Below, piece by piece: positions 13,101 through 25,276 of a stretch of DNA of 64,000 bases; within the stretch, counting starts at the first letter, position 1, and each line of letters starts with the position of its first letter. The notes beneath the pieces were generated by a model, which worked only from the letters and a program-made list of their open reading frames with translations, ran no database searches and was not told the origin of the DNA. The stretch is from a virus (Duplodnaviria; Caudoviricetes). The translations under genes were made by a program, and so were the position numbers. The stretch lies in IMG/VR virus record IMGVR_UViG_3300022654_000689; one strand, written 5' to 3'.

Positions 13101-14563
13101 TACACCCCTTGAAATGGAGTATTTGCGTTTGCACACCATAGTACTTTTCCATTAACATCTCCAACATTTTTAACTTTATATAATATATCTATAGTCAATC
13201 CGTATCTTGCATTTTCAGCAAATGGAGCCCAGTCTATTTCTGCATATGTTTTTCCGTTAAACACTAATGCATTATCTATCCATCCATTTGTACCAAAGTT
13301 GAAGTTATGTAAAGTACATTTAACTCCATTACCACTTGTATCTTCCCATGTATTTCTAGTAATTGAGTCTTGTTGTTTTCCGTTCGCATCAAAGTTACAT
13401 ATTAAATCATGTGTTACTATTTCAAAAGGTATATAATCAACTGTGATTACTTCAACAGTCCAAGATAATTCATTTGATTTTATAGACCCATCTAGATTTG
13501 TTGAATATAATTTAAATGTATGTACACCTATTGATAGTTGGTCTCCAACGTTCCAATAGTTATATCCAGCAGATGATTTAGTCGTATCTACATGCACATC
13601 ATCAATAAATAAATAAGTTAAAAAATTTATTTCATCTTTCATACTGTTACGATATTCTATTTGTAAGTTTCTACCAACTTCTATTGAAGTTTGGGTAAAC
13701 TTACTACTTACATATAAACTACCACTATCCGCTAAAACTAAATTAAATACTAATTTATTAGAAGTTAAACGACCAGAAGTTGCGTATATTATAGCTTCAT
13801 GAACTCCCATAGTTTCTAAAAAACCTATGTCCCAAGTAGCTGATCCTTTTGGGTGGTCTTGTATTTCAGTCACTTGTCCATCTAATATTAAATATACTGT
13901 AATTGGATCATATGAAATTGTATCAATTTCATATTTTATTTTAACGAAGTCTTCTAAAGTTATATCATTAGAGTCATCAAATTTACTCGATACATGTAAA
14001 CCTCCAGCAACTATCTTAACTGTTATTGTACTAGTAAATTGACCTGCGATATCTACAACATAAATATCAACTCTATGCTCACCTTTTTCTATACCATTTA
14101 TTGTAAATTTATTATTACCGGGTGATATATTCTGTTCCTGAGTAACATAGTCTATACTTATGTATGCTGTACCAAATCCTTCATTTGGTGTTTTAAAAAA
14201 ATAATAAATATCTATTATATCATCTGTAGATACCATAATCTCTGATTCTGATAATAGTTCTATTGTAGGTTGTTCGACAGTAGGACCTCCACCACCTCCA
14301 CCGCCGCCTAAGCCACCATTTTCTTCAATATAATCAATTATATCATTTTTTATGACAGTTTTCAAAGTGTCAATTCTATTCTGCGTTTCTGCTACTTTAC
14401 TGCCTATTTCACTTAAACAGCCTTCGACATTTTTTGACTCATAAAGTCCTCCAACGTCTAATACTTTTTGTTGGCTGGCTAGATTGCTTGCTTTAACGAC
14501 CCATGCACCACGTTCTTCTTTTCCTTCAACAATGGCATTCGGATCCCAGATTTTTATTGACAT
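7108..14563 (-). CDS. Large tail/adhesin-like protein (about 2101 aa): Ig-like, LamG-like, CotH-like kinase, LRR and BspA-like repeats; exons 14563..11810 and 10659..7108
   Basis: QGTSSLEYPVKNY, YTLKANFMDSSQANN, DNFGKNM, spliced FYD|CDSMLG; C-terminal LRR and FxNCxxLxG repeats. Confidence 0.8.
10660..11809 (-). mobile_element. Group I intron (1150 nt) carrying an endonuclease in the P6 region
   Basis: P1 cgat/gtcg; AACGACTA...GATAGTCT; ends taacataactG; twin of intron 51025..51210. Confidence 0.92.
10738..11661 (-). CDS. Intron-encoded endonuclease: CxCxCG zinc-ribbon repeats plus Vsr/DUF559-like nuclease domain
   Basis: Three CKCECG-type repeats; FRFDVF...IEYDGEQHF...RD..KN..LLRIPY. Confidence 0.8.
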   Translation of the reverse strand: MKIEKGMKFGKLLVLSKDEEKNKILREERRKGLRSSSPVYWICKCECGNTTSVPAQKLKENKIKSCGCEKIKYNLADYVGKHIESWTILKVVDDSHFMCKCDCGTISNVRAYNIFEGKSTNCGCKRKLMLREKHEKDITGMKFGKLTILKKIGLNEHGKNVYECKCDCGTIKNIVGSMVSGGYTYSCGCVHSKNNKILSDVLVEQNIPHKQEYFVKVDDNNYFRFDVFLETLNAAIEYDGEQHFKPVDFAGKGEEYAKEQLKITQQRDEIKNKYCKDNDITLLRIPYWEKDNIEKLVIQFINELKSR

Positions 14564-14645
14564 ATTTTATATTTCAACCCCTTTCGTGGAAAGTGATTAT
14601 TTCCATATATGTATGTTTCAATATAAAAAACAACGAAAGCTAATA

Positions 14646-15176
14646 TTAGCTTTCGTTGTTTATATGCTTAGAATAATCTATATATATTTTTAAAATATAA
14701 TCCATTAATGCTTCTAAAGGTATATATCCATCATAAAAATTATCAGGATTGAGAGGTATGCCTTTGTAGTTATACATTGAATAGCTTCGTTTCATTAAAT
14801 ATTCTCTAATAACATAGTAATCAGAAGTACTAATAAATCTTAAAATATGTCCAATATACGAAAGTTCTTCTCCATATAAAAGCCAGGATTCTTTAAATTC
14901 TCTATAAAGATCTTTAGCAATACCTCTAAATGATGATCTTTCAGGAAGCTCATTGTAACAGTATTTATCTCTTATTATATCAGCATCCCTATCTAACTCT
15001 CTATATAGTTTTACAGCCTCTACTCGATTATTATCATCAATAAATTTTTTAAGTTTTATTAATTTAGAACTGTCTATTTCATCTATTAAGAATAAATTAT
15101 ATCCTCTATTTTTAGTCAAATAATCAAATAACATTTCTGCAGATTCAAATTGTGCTTCTATACTTATACCTCTCAT
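14646..15176 (-). CDS. Hypothetical protein
   Basis: 176 aa ORF with AAGGA RBS. Confidence 0.6.
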   Translation of the reverse strand: MRGISIEAQFESAEMLFDYLTKNRGYNLFLIDEIDSSKLIKLKKFIDDNNRVEAVKLYRELDRDADIIRDKYCYNELPERSSFRGIAKDLYREFKESWLLYGEELSYIGHILRFISTSDYYVIREYLMKRSYSMYNYKGIPLNPDNFYDGYIPLEALMDYILKIYIDYSKHINNES

Positions 15177-15221
15177 TTCATCATCATCCTTTAAACAATA
15201 ATGATAATTTGTTTTTATAAA

Positions 15222-18200
15222 TTAATCCAATCTAGGTTTTGGATCTAATATTTCTTGCCCTTTAGATCTCCATGGTATTACTATTTCATCTACTAATTCT
15301 ACTTGCTGTGTTCCATAAGGCGCAACTACGTCGTTTTCATTAGCATCTTTTACAACTATTCCTTTTAATTGATAAGTTTTACAACTAAATTGATCATTGC
15401 TTATTTCTATCATCGCATAAGTTGGAGCTTGTGGATGATCACCAACGTATCCATACCACCAAGGTCTAGTTGCATTATTATTTACTTCTGGGTTATTAGT
15501 AACACCTTGTATTATTTCTTTACCAGATAATTTAAATCCAGCAGCTTGATTCATTATATAAGTTGTACCGTTATTCCAATCTGGTGCATGAGATATAGTA
15601 CCATGCCCTAAAGCAGTTTCTTCTTCAGCAGTAGCAACTCCTGTTGCATCGAAACCATCTTTTTTAGGATATCCATCATAACCAGAATATATAGGTATTG
15701 ATCTAGAATAAGTGTGGTTATGTCCACAAAGTACTACATGAACTCTATGTTTTTCAAATACCGGTATAAATCTTTGTAACCATAGCGGTCTTATTATAGT
15801 GAATGGAGATAAATGCATATATACAACTGTCCATTTAGTTTTATCATTATCTTCGTCTTTAGTTAGATCTGCATCTAACCATTCACATTCTTTTTGTATC
15901 CATCCATCTACATTAGTTGGATCACCTGTAGCTAATTCCATCATTCTCTTATCTTTATTGTTAGAGTTTAAGCTTACAAAATGAACTGGTCCAAGATCCC
16001 AAGAATAAGCAGAAATATATGGAGATTTATCTTCGCCTTCTGGTAAGAAATGGTCTTCAGCAGTCATATAGTAAGTAAATGGTTTTGAATCTGTTTTGTC
16101 AGCAAGATCGTTGTTGCCGCAAGTTATCATGTGACAACAGTTTCTTGTAGATTCAAGTGAATATTGGAAGTAACCTCTCCATTCAAATGATCTATTAGCA
16201 TTTTGAGAAATATCGTGTATTGTCGATTACACCGCTAAGTAATCACTGTATATTTCTATACAGACTAGACTATATCATGATCTTATTAAAGATCTTCTCC
16301 ACTGTCCTTCTGCGGATTTTGAAGGAACTTAGTCGTTGAACGTCTCTCTTTTAATGTTTTATCTAAAATATTTGAAATATTATCATAATCGTAATAAGGA
16401 ATTCTTAATAGGAATATATTAGAGTCTTCACAAAACTTAGTTTTTGCTTTGTCTCGTTCTTTAATTTCATTAAATTCTTCATCAGTCATTCCAAATTTTT
16501 TCTGAAAATGTTGTTCCCCATCAAACTCTATTAATAGATTTAATGATTCTACAAAAAAATCAAATGGCAAAGTATACTTATATTTACAATTTTCAAATCT
16601 TTTTTGTCTTTCGTATTGTAAATTCGATTTATCAAGAATTTCGCATATTTTCTTTTCACCTTTTGATTCTTTTTCGCAATTACAACCTCTTCCTTTTTGG
16701 AAATTTATATAAGTTGAGCTGTATGGATTTCCATGAGGACATATCATATCCAAATGATCACTGTTTCTCACATACGTTTGTGATAGAAGTTTATAACCTC
16801 TTTTTTCTATAACTGTTTTAACGTCATTATAGTCAAGCCTTTGGCTAATATTATGAATCTTATTATCACATAATTTACATTTACTTCCAGCTTTTATACT
16901 GTCAGGTGTCATTTTTATTTCATGACCCTTGTCGCAAATTATATCAAGTTTCTTTTTAGAACCTAACCATTTATTAGATACTAATTCATAATTATTGCTA
17001 TCTAAGATTTTTTTAACTTCATTTAATCTTTCTTCATCTTTACAATGAGGACATCTTCTATTGTTACGTATATTAGAAATAGTAGTATTCCATGTATGAC
17101 CTTTATCACAAATTATATCAAGTTTAGTGTTTTGATCAATATAATCATCTTCATTTCTAAAGCTATATCCTATCTTTTTCAAATATTCTTTATTACTATT
17201 AATCGCATTTATTCTTCTAGATTCTAAATTATTTATTTTTCTACCCATTCTCAACACCTCTAATTACTTGTTGAGCTATTTTTAACATTAAAAAAGATTT
17301 CGCTGCTGATTTGCCATTGCACTAGTACTTAGGTTTTAACCTTATACCATCTAACCTATTTTTTCTGCTTTCGCCGCATTCGCATTTAGGATTTAACCTT
17401 GTGCTGTAGCTAGGTTAGCTTTAGGCTCTTCCAGCAATTCAAAGAATTTGCTATAATTATTTCTAATTATAGGGAGAAATTTCTCCAGTATTTAGATGCC
17501 AATCCCATCCTTCTGGTTCTTGTTCTACTATATTTTGATAGTTAACTTTCCATGCTTGATATTGTTCTGTAGTCCATCCTTGTTGGTCTGAAGTCCATAA
17601 TATTCTCATAACGTCATCAGCGCCATAAGTTTTTACTTTAAATGTAGCTATATCTGACCACATACCTTCAGTACCACATTGATATTCGTATTCACCTGGT
17701 TCTAAGTCTCTTATTATAGCTCTATGTATAGTAGCCTCTGTATCAAAATGAGATACTATTTCTCTTTGAGTTTCTACAGTAACCCATTTATTAGTATTAA
17801 CTAATCTATATCTTACCCAACCTTCGTCCATAACTGGTGTTTGATAAGTAAATGTACGAGTTTTTTCTCCATCTTTACCATAACATATATTAACTAAGTT
17901 AGGAACATTTTCTTTTAATTTAAGTTTATCAAAGTATATATCCCATTTTCCATCTTTTAAACTTCTTGGTCTGTAAGTTTCAACATCACAAGTTCTAAAG
18001 TCTAATGCTCTAGCTGCAGTTTGATTGTTTTCAGGTTGATCTTTAAAAGCAAAATCAGCAGCACTTTGACAGAAATCAAGTCTACGTATACCTATATCTT
18101 TACTCATTAATTGACCATATCTATATTCATATGCTTGAACTTTTTTGTCAGTAGTAAGTCCTCCTGCAGCTAGCATATCTATATAACCAATAGCTTTATT

Positions 18201-18878
18201 ATTGTTACCATCGTGATTCCAAGGGTTACCTCCTTGAGAATCAGTTGGTGGTTTACCTATTGATAAATATGCTGAAAATCCATCTTCTGGAAGGTTTACA
18301 TCCCACTCCATATCATAATTATTTACTTTTAATCTAGTACCTAATAATACTGGATCTGATACTTGTCTACATCTAACAAGAAATGAATGTTGATATGGTA
18401 TTATTCCTTCAAGAGCAAGACTTGTCCATCCACCTGTTGCGCCTTTAACACTTAAATATAGTCCTTTAAGATTAAGATCTAAACCATTAGGCTGGTTGTT
18501 ATAAAGTTCTATATAATGATGTGATGCAGGTGTATTATTTGCATTTTTATCTCCAGCCCCATACATTGAATTTATAATTAAACCGTTATATGTACCACTA
18601 GCTGATGGATCTGGTTCTGGTGCTTCAAATGCTTCAATAGGATATATAACAAATTCTCCATCGCCATTCATTCTAACTCTAAATTTACTTCCATCAGCTG
18701 AAGATAACTCAACATAGTCAGCTCCACCTTTATTTATAGCACCTCTAAGAACATCTACTGTAATAGATCTATTTGATAATGTATCTCCTTCTTTAAGAAC
18801 TATAGGTAATATATAATCATCTTTAACATTATCACTATTTGTAATCGGTGTCATTTCCGAAATTTTTTTATTAGCCAT
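15222..18878 (-). CDS. Lamin-tail-like/FN3/purple-acid-phosphatase-type metallophosphoesterase, about 795 aa; exons 18878..17483 and 16213..15222
   Basis: WTSDQQ, spliced NTGDISQN, TCGNND, YMH, LCGHNHTYSRS; YIELYN; GEYEYQCG FN3; N-terminal MANKKISEM. Confidence 0.85.
16214..17482 (-). mobile_element. Group I intron (about 1269 nt) with endonuclease; atypical 5' splice site
   Basis: AATTGCTGGAA...AATCAGCAG, TTCAACGACTA...GATATAGTCT; terminal G16214. Confidence 0.85.
16286..17257 (-). CDS. Intron-encoded endonuclease: CxxGH...CxxC repeats plus Vsr/DUF559-like nuclease domain
   Basis: ICDKGH x2, ICPHG; LPFDFF...IEFDGEQHF; 3' end runs through the ribozyme core. Confidence 0.8.
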   Translation of the reverse strand: MLRMGRKINNLESRRINAINSNKEYLKKIGYSFRNEDDYIDQNTKLDIICDKGHTWNTTISNIRNNRRCPHCKDEERLNEVKKILDSNNYELVSNKWLGSKKKLDIICDKGHEIKMTPDSIKAGSKCKLCDNKIHNISQRLDYNDVKTVIEKRGYKLLSQTYVRNSDHLDMICPHGNPYSSTYINFQKGRGCNCEKESKGEKKICEILDKSNLQYERQKRFENCKYKYTLPFDFFVESLNLLIEFDGEQHFQKKFGMTDEEFNEIKERDKAKTKFCEDSNIFLLRIPYYDYDNISNILDKTLKERRSTTKFLQNPQKDSGEDL

Positions 18879-18893
18879 GTTAGTATTCCCTCC

Positions 18894-19973
18894 TTAAATT
18901 TCTTGAATTATGTATTCACCAAATTCTGTTATTAACACGTCTCCAGTTTCCCCTATAACTTTGTTAGTTGTATTTTGCGAAGATTCAGAATTTTCATTAT
19001 CATTTCCAGATGAAATTTCATTGATTATATAATCTCCGTTTTCTGTAACGAAGAAATCTCCGTTTTCAAGAAGTATTACATCTTTCTTAGGCACAGAAGG
19101 TTCAATATATTCTATTACTTCATCGACTATATAATCTCCATCTTCTGTAATGAAGAAATCTCCGTTTTCAAGAATTAATTTTATTACATTTTCAACAGTT
19201 GGTTTATCTTCATCATCAGGCCATGTTATATTTCCATTTTTAATAATAGCTTTTATATTATCCACGTCTTTTCTAAGACTTTCGATAGATTCTAATATAG
19301 CTTTAAGCATTCCATTGTTAGTTTCATCATTTATAATATCTTCATTTATTTCATCATCAGATATATCTATCCAAACCATCGTTTTATCTTCAGGAGGTAC
19401 AGAACCTACGTGAATATTAGTACCAAATGTATTAATATTTGCCCATTCATCCCCTAAAAATATATATGTATTTCTAGTATTTTTGACAAACGCCATACTT
19501 CCGGTTCCAACGGCGTTCCCATATTTACCTAATATTTGTTCTACTTCAATATCATTATCAACTCTGAATACACGGTGGTATGTGTCGTCTAATTCTTCTT
19601 TATCAACTTTTTCATCTATAAGTTTCTTAATATCATTTACTTCGTCATCTAATTCTTCTTTATCAACTTTATTATTCCAATTTTCTAAATCTTTTATAGT
19701 TATTTCTTTAAGTGCTTCGTGGTTTTCTAAATTTGTAGAAAAATCAGGTGATGCTGTAAAGGGTTTCCAATTATTATTACCAATATATACATAATAAACT
19801 TTTTTAGATGAAACATAACAAAGCATACCAATTTGCTTTTTTTCATCGACTATATTATTCATTTCATTCACTGTTTCTGTATAATGAATACCGCCCTGAA
19901 CGTCATTAGATAGAACTATAGGAAAATTACCATTATTTTTAGGTATAATAGTGCTTATTACTTCAATTGCCAT
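18894..19973 (-). CDS. Tail-appendage adaptor-like protein
   Basis: IHVGSVPPEDKTMVWID motif and three C-terminal xxENGDxxxTExGxYI repeats. Confidence 0.55.
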   Translation of the reverse strand: MAIEVISTIIPKNNGNFPIVLSNDVQGGIHYTETVNEMNNIVDEKKQIGMLCYVSSKKVYYVYIGNNNWKPFTASPDFSTNLENHEALKEITIKDLENWNNKVDKEELDDEVNDIKKLIDEKVDKEELDDTYHRVFRVDNDIEVEQILGKYGNAVGTGSMAFVKNTRNTYIFLGDEWANINTFGTNIHVGSVPPEDKTMVWIDISDDEINEDIINDETNNGMLKAILESIESLRKDVDNIKAIIKNGNITWPDDEDKPTVENVIKLILENGDFFITEDGDYIVDEVIEYIEPSVPKKDVILLENGDFFVTENGDYIINEISSGNDNENSESSQNTTNKVIGETGDVLITEFGEYIIQEI

Positions 19974-19986
19974 TCATTTCATCCTC

Positions 19987-20901
19987 CTATCTAACACTTA
20001 TTTTTGTTAAACCTAATCCAGGGTTGTCGCTCTGATATACATAGTACTCTTCTACGATATTAGAATCATAATTGTTAACGATAATAATACTTTCACCACC
20101 AACTTTTCTAAAACCACCAGTGAAACCATTATTTATAAATGATATATTTTTTTCTCCAGCATAAGTTTTCTCTACTATACTTTTTGGGAGTGCTATATAA
20201 ATATATTCATCGTTTTTCGCGTCTACTGTTATATCCATGCTTCTATCTATTATTAATTTATTATTTTGTAGTGATCTTACAAAACTTGCATTAATAATTT
20301 CTGGTTTTTTAGATACTCCCCAATAACCTTTATTTAAAAATCTAATTGTCAATATCTTATTAATAGTTTGATTCCCGTCTGTTACTTCTAGTTTAAATTC
20401 TATATTTTTTGAAACTGCAGAATGATATGCAAAACTTCTTTCATTTCGTTCCAATGGTTCTTTTTTAGTGACACCATCTAATTTATATATTATGCTTTGT
20501 TCTTCTATAGTTTTTTTATTGTAACTCCATTCAAATATTAATGAATTTAGAATTTGGCCTACTTCAAAATTAGTACCGCTTTTACATTTAAAATCAGTAA
20601 TTACTAAATTTTTATAAAGTAAACGATCTAAAGCTTGTTTAACAGATATAATTTCACCTTCGTCTGTATTGTATGATATATCTGCGGCAGTTAGGTTAGA
20701 TAGGTCTATACCGCCGTTATCGATTGTAACACTAGTATTAAGTAACACCCAATTATTATAATCAAGTCCATATGCCATATAACAATTTTGATTAAGTATA
20801 TCAATACATAATTGACCTATAAATGAAGGTTCTATTCTTGATTCTACTGGGCTTATGCCTATTAATTTAATAATATCGTCTCTAGTAACATGTATTGCCA
20901 T
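19987..20901 (-). CDS. Putative tail/virion structural protein
   Basis: Late promoter 20927..20938; AADISY...SVKQALDRL and YIYIALP...GFTGGF motifs. Confidence 0.55.
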   Translation of the reverse strand: MAIHVTRDDIIKLIGISPVESRIEPSFIGQLCIDILNQNCYMAYGLDYNNWVLLNTSVTIDNGGIDLSNLTAADISYNTDEGEIISVKQALDRLLYKNLVITDFKCKSGTNFEVGQILNSLIFEWSYNKKTIEEQSIIYKLDGVTKKEPLERNERSFAYHSAVSKNIEFKLEVTDGNQTINKILTIRFLNKGYWGVSKKPEIINASFVRSLQNNKLIIDRSMDITVDAKNDEYIYIALPKSIVEKTYAGEKNISFINNGFTGGFRKVGGESIIIVNNYDSNIVEEYYVYQSDNPGLGLTKISVR

Positions 20902-20989
20902 ATCGTATAACCCCCCTTTCTATTAATAAAATTTTGTTCCGAGCTATTAATTTAGATGATACGATTAGCTAATCGTATCATCTTTAGTT

Positions 20990-21538
20990 TTATTGGTTTT
21001 CAGGTGGTTGTGGAGTTGAATTAGCGTTTCTTCTTTTTCTAGCAGCTAATATTTCTTTAAGTATTACTTTAGCTTTGCCTTCATGTTTTCTATGTATTTC
21101 TTGTCTATATTGTTTTTTAAGTATTGCATGTTTTTTATATTTATCATATAATGGGTCTCCACTTCTTTTAGCTGAAAATAATGAGCATCTTTTTAAAAGT
21201 CTTCTTAATTGAGTTGCTTTATCAAATTTGACAACATTAGCTTCTAATAAAGCTTCTACTGTTTCTACTATTGAAAAATCTTCTGATAATAATAAGTCAT
21301 CATCATCTTCCATTAATCCTGATTCATCTAATAATACAGATTCTTGTAATATTAATTGATCTTCCATGTAGTATTCGTCAGCTTCATTTAACATCATTTC
21401 AGCTTGTTCTATTAATCTATCTAATTCAGCACTTTCTTCATCTATTGCTTGTTGTTCTACATCTGAGAAGAAAGAACCATCTTCTAATAGATATGAATCT
21501 TTTTCATATCCTTCATTATCAAAATTAAATATTTTCAT
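20990..21538 (-). CDS. Probable head-internal protein: acidic LxE-rich N-half, basic C-half
   Basis: Repeated LLE/LNE/LQE/LDE; late promoter 21579..21590. Confidence 0.55.
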   Translation of the reverse strand: MKIFNFDNEGYEKDSYLLEDGSFFSDVEQQAIDEESAELDRLIEQAEMMLNEADEYYMEDQLILQESVLLDESGLMEDDDDLLLSEDFSIVETVEALLEANVVKFDKATQLRRLLKRCSLFSAKRSGDPLYDKYKKHAILKKQYRQEIHRKHEGKAKVILKEILAARKRRNANSTPQPPENQ

Positions 21539-21539
21539 A

Positions 21540-21998
21540 ATATAGTCTCCTTTTCTATTTAAATTCTAATTTTTTCAATATTAGTATGTTATTTATTTAA
21601 TTTTTATTTTAACACCAAAATTTATTATATTGTTATAACTTTTAATTAAAAAAATATATATTGTTTTATTATAATATATTTTCTAAAAATTTTAATTTTT
21701 TAAAAAAGTTATTTTTCAAAATTTATAGAACAATTGAATATTTCAATTTTCAATTGAATTAAAAATTCAATTTCAAATGGAACATTATTTAAGTTCCTGA
21801 AAATTCAATTGTTTAACCCGGTACTACAGTCAAATTTAAAATTTGACTTAAAAAAATTAAATATATAAATATATTTATTTATAATTAAAAAAAATAAAAT
21901 TTATTTAACAATAAATTAAATTTATTACTCATAATATCATCTCCCTTTATAATTATATATTAAAAAAATAATAGATAGACTATATATAGTCTATCTAT
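21540..21998. other. Extremely AT-rich non-coding region with nested inverted repeats
   Basis: No ORF of 60 aa or more; aacaattgaat/attcaattgtt stem enclosing two hairpins; further hairpins at 21828..21848 and about 21970..21999. Confidence 0.6.
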
Positions 21999-23048
21999 TT
22001 ATTCTTGTACAATTAATGATTTAAATAAATTACTTATTGATACAGATTTAATAGATTTAAATGATGCATATATTATAAATACAGTAGTACATAAACTAAC
22101 AATTTTATTAAATATAATTCCTAATAAGTCTAATATATTAACTTTATTACATTTAATATTATTCTTTATTATAGAGTCAATAATATCATTATAATCGTCT
22201 TTATGATCTAATATATCTAAATTATCATTATATTCAATATTGAAATAATTTACATCAGATTGATTTTTAATATCACTTAATTCAAATAAACATATAAATT
22301 TCCATTCTTTTCTTTTATACTCTTCAACCAAACATACAGTTTGTTTATTATCTTCATAGAATGTTACTCTATAATGTTCATAAACTTTATGTTTAATTTC
22401 AGTATTATCTTCAAGATGATTACCTAATTGATCATTTAATTTATGAGAATACTTATTATTGTAAATATGGTTTACAATATTATTACAGAAATATATCTTT
22501 CCTAATCTTCTTAATTTATTAATAGGTACATTAATATTATCATTTAATATTAATGGTTGATTATCTTCATCAAAATACATATCAAATTCATAAGTATCTT
22601 TATTAGTTTGATAGTACACTCCTCCAGATAGACCAAAATCAATATTATCGTTCTTAATACGATTCCAATTAACTGAATATGAGTTATCATCCAACTTACA
22701 TTCAGGTTTACTATATGAGTTATTAGTAGCTTTATCAACTTCAACTATAATCTCTTCAAATACAATATTAGAATTGTATAAGAATTTATAAAATAAAGCA
22801 ACTAACTTTTTTACAGTTTTCAATAATAGAATAACAATACTATAACGTTTTCCTCCTAAACGTTTTTCAATATTGTTATCTATCTTATCTAAAACAGTAT
22901 TCAATTGTTCAACATAATTATTGAATAGCTTAAATACCACTTCAGATGATACTTTAAGCACTAGTTTAAGGATGTCACCAATCAGACTAAGTGCTTTACC
23001 ACAATTAGATAAAATCTTTGAGATAAAATCTCTAGCTTTATCATTCAT
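21999..23048 (-). CDS. Hypothetical protein, possible C-terminal membrane segment
   Basis: GGGAGG RBS; 349 aa. Confidence 0.65.
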   Translation of the reverse strand: MNDKARDFISKILSNCGKALSLIGDILKLVLKVSSEVVFKLFNNYVEQLNTVLDKIDNNIEKRLGGKRYSIVILLLKTVKKLVALFYKFLYNSNIVFEEIIVEVDKATNNSYSKPECKLDDNSYSVNWNRIKNDNIDFGLSGGVYYQTNKDTYEFDMYFDEDNQPLILNDNINVPINKLRRLGKIYFCNNIVNHIYNNKYSHKLNDQLGNHLEDNTEIKHKVYEHYRVTFYEDNKQTVCLVEEYKRKEWKFICLFELSDIKNQSDVNYFNIEYNDNLDILDHKDDYNDIIDSIIKNNIKCNKVNILDLLGIIFNKIVSLCTTVFIIYASFKSIKSVSISNLFKSLIVQE

Positions 23049-23157
23049 AATAACTACCTCCCTATTGTAGTATATTCAGTTGTAATATTCAGTTTTGTTG
23101 TGTTGTATTATATTGTCAAACCATCTTAATTATAATATACGTTTGTATAAAATGTTA

Positions 23158-23169
23158 AACAATGAATTA
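23158..23169 (+). promoter_or_regulatory. Late promoter AACA-N6-TA
   Basis: AACAatgaatTA upstream of RNAP gene start 23204. Confidence 0.6.
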
Positions 23170-23203
23170 TTATGTTACGATAAAAAAATTAAGGAGGGCT
23201 ATT

Positions 23204-24914
<1,711 letters not shown>

Positions 24915-24923
24915 GTGATTTAG

Positions 24924-25262
24924 ATGGCAAAAAAGAGATATGTATATGAAAATGTAGAAGTTATAAAAATAGTAGATGGAGATACTATTGATGTAATGAT
25001 AGATTTAGGTTTTAATGTATGGCAAAAAGTTAGAGTAAGATTATATGGAATAAACGCTCCCGAAGTTAAAGGAGAATCAAAAGCTGAAGGTAAAAAATCA
25101 ACTGAATTCCTTAAAGAACTTCTTCCGTTAAATAGTTTTATAAAAATGGAATGTGTTGGCAAAGACAAATATGGAAGATGGTTAGGAGATTTATATTTAG
25201 AAGATTTATTCATAAATGAATATCTTATAGAACAAGGATATGCTGAAAAATATATGGAGTAA
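24924..25262 (+). CDS. Thermonuclease (SNase family)
   Basis: IVDGDTI, VRLYGINAPE, DKYGRWLG, INEYLIEQGYA. Confidence 0.92.
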   Translation: MAKKRYVYENVEVIKIVDGDTIDVMIDLGFNVWQKVRVRLYGINAPEVKGESKAEGKKSTEFLKELLPLNSFIKMECVGKDKYGRWLGDLYLEDLFINEYLIEQGYAEKYME

Positions 25263-25276
25263 GTAAGGTATAAACC

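Noticed and set aside
21885-21932. Short minus-strand ORF with good RBS (MSNKFNLLLNKFYFF)
   Set aside because: Only 15 codons in low-complexity DNA; cannot be supported as a gene.
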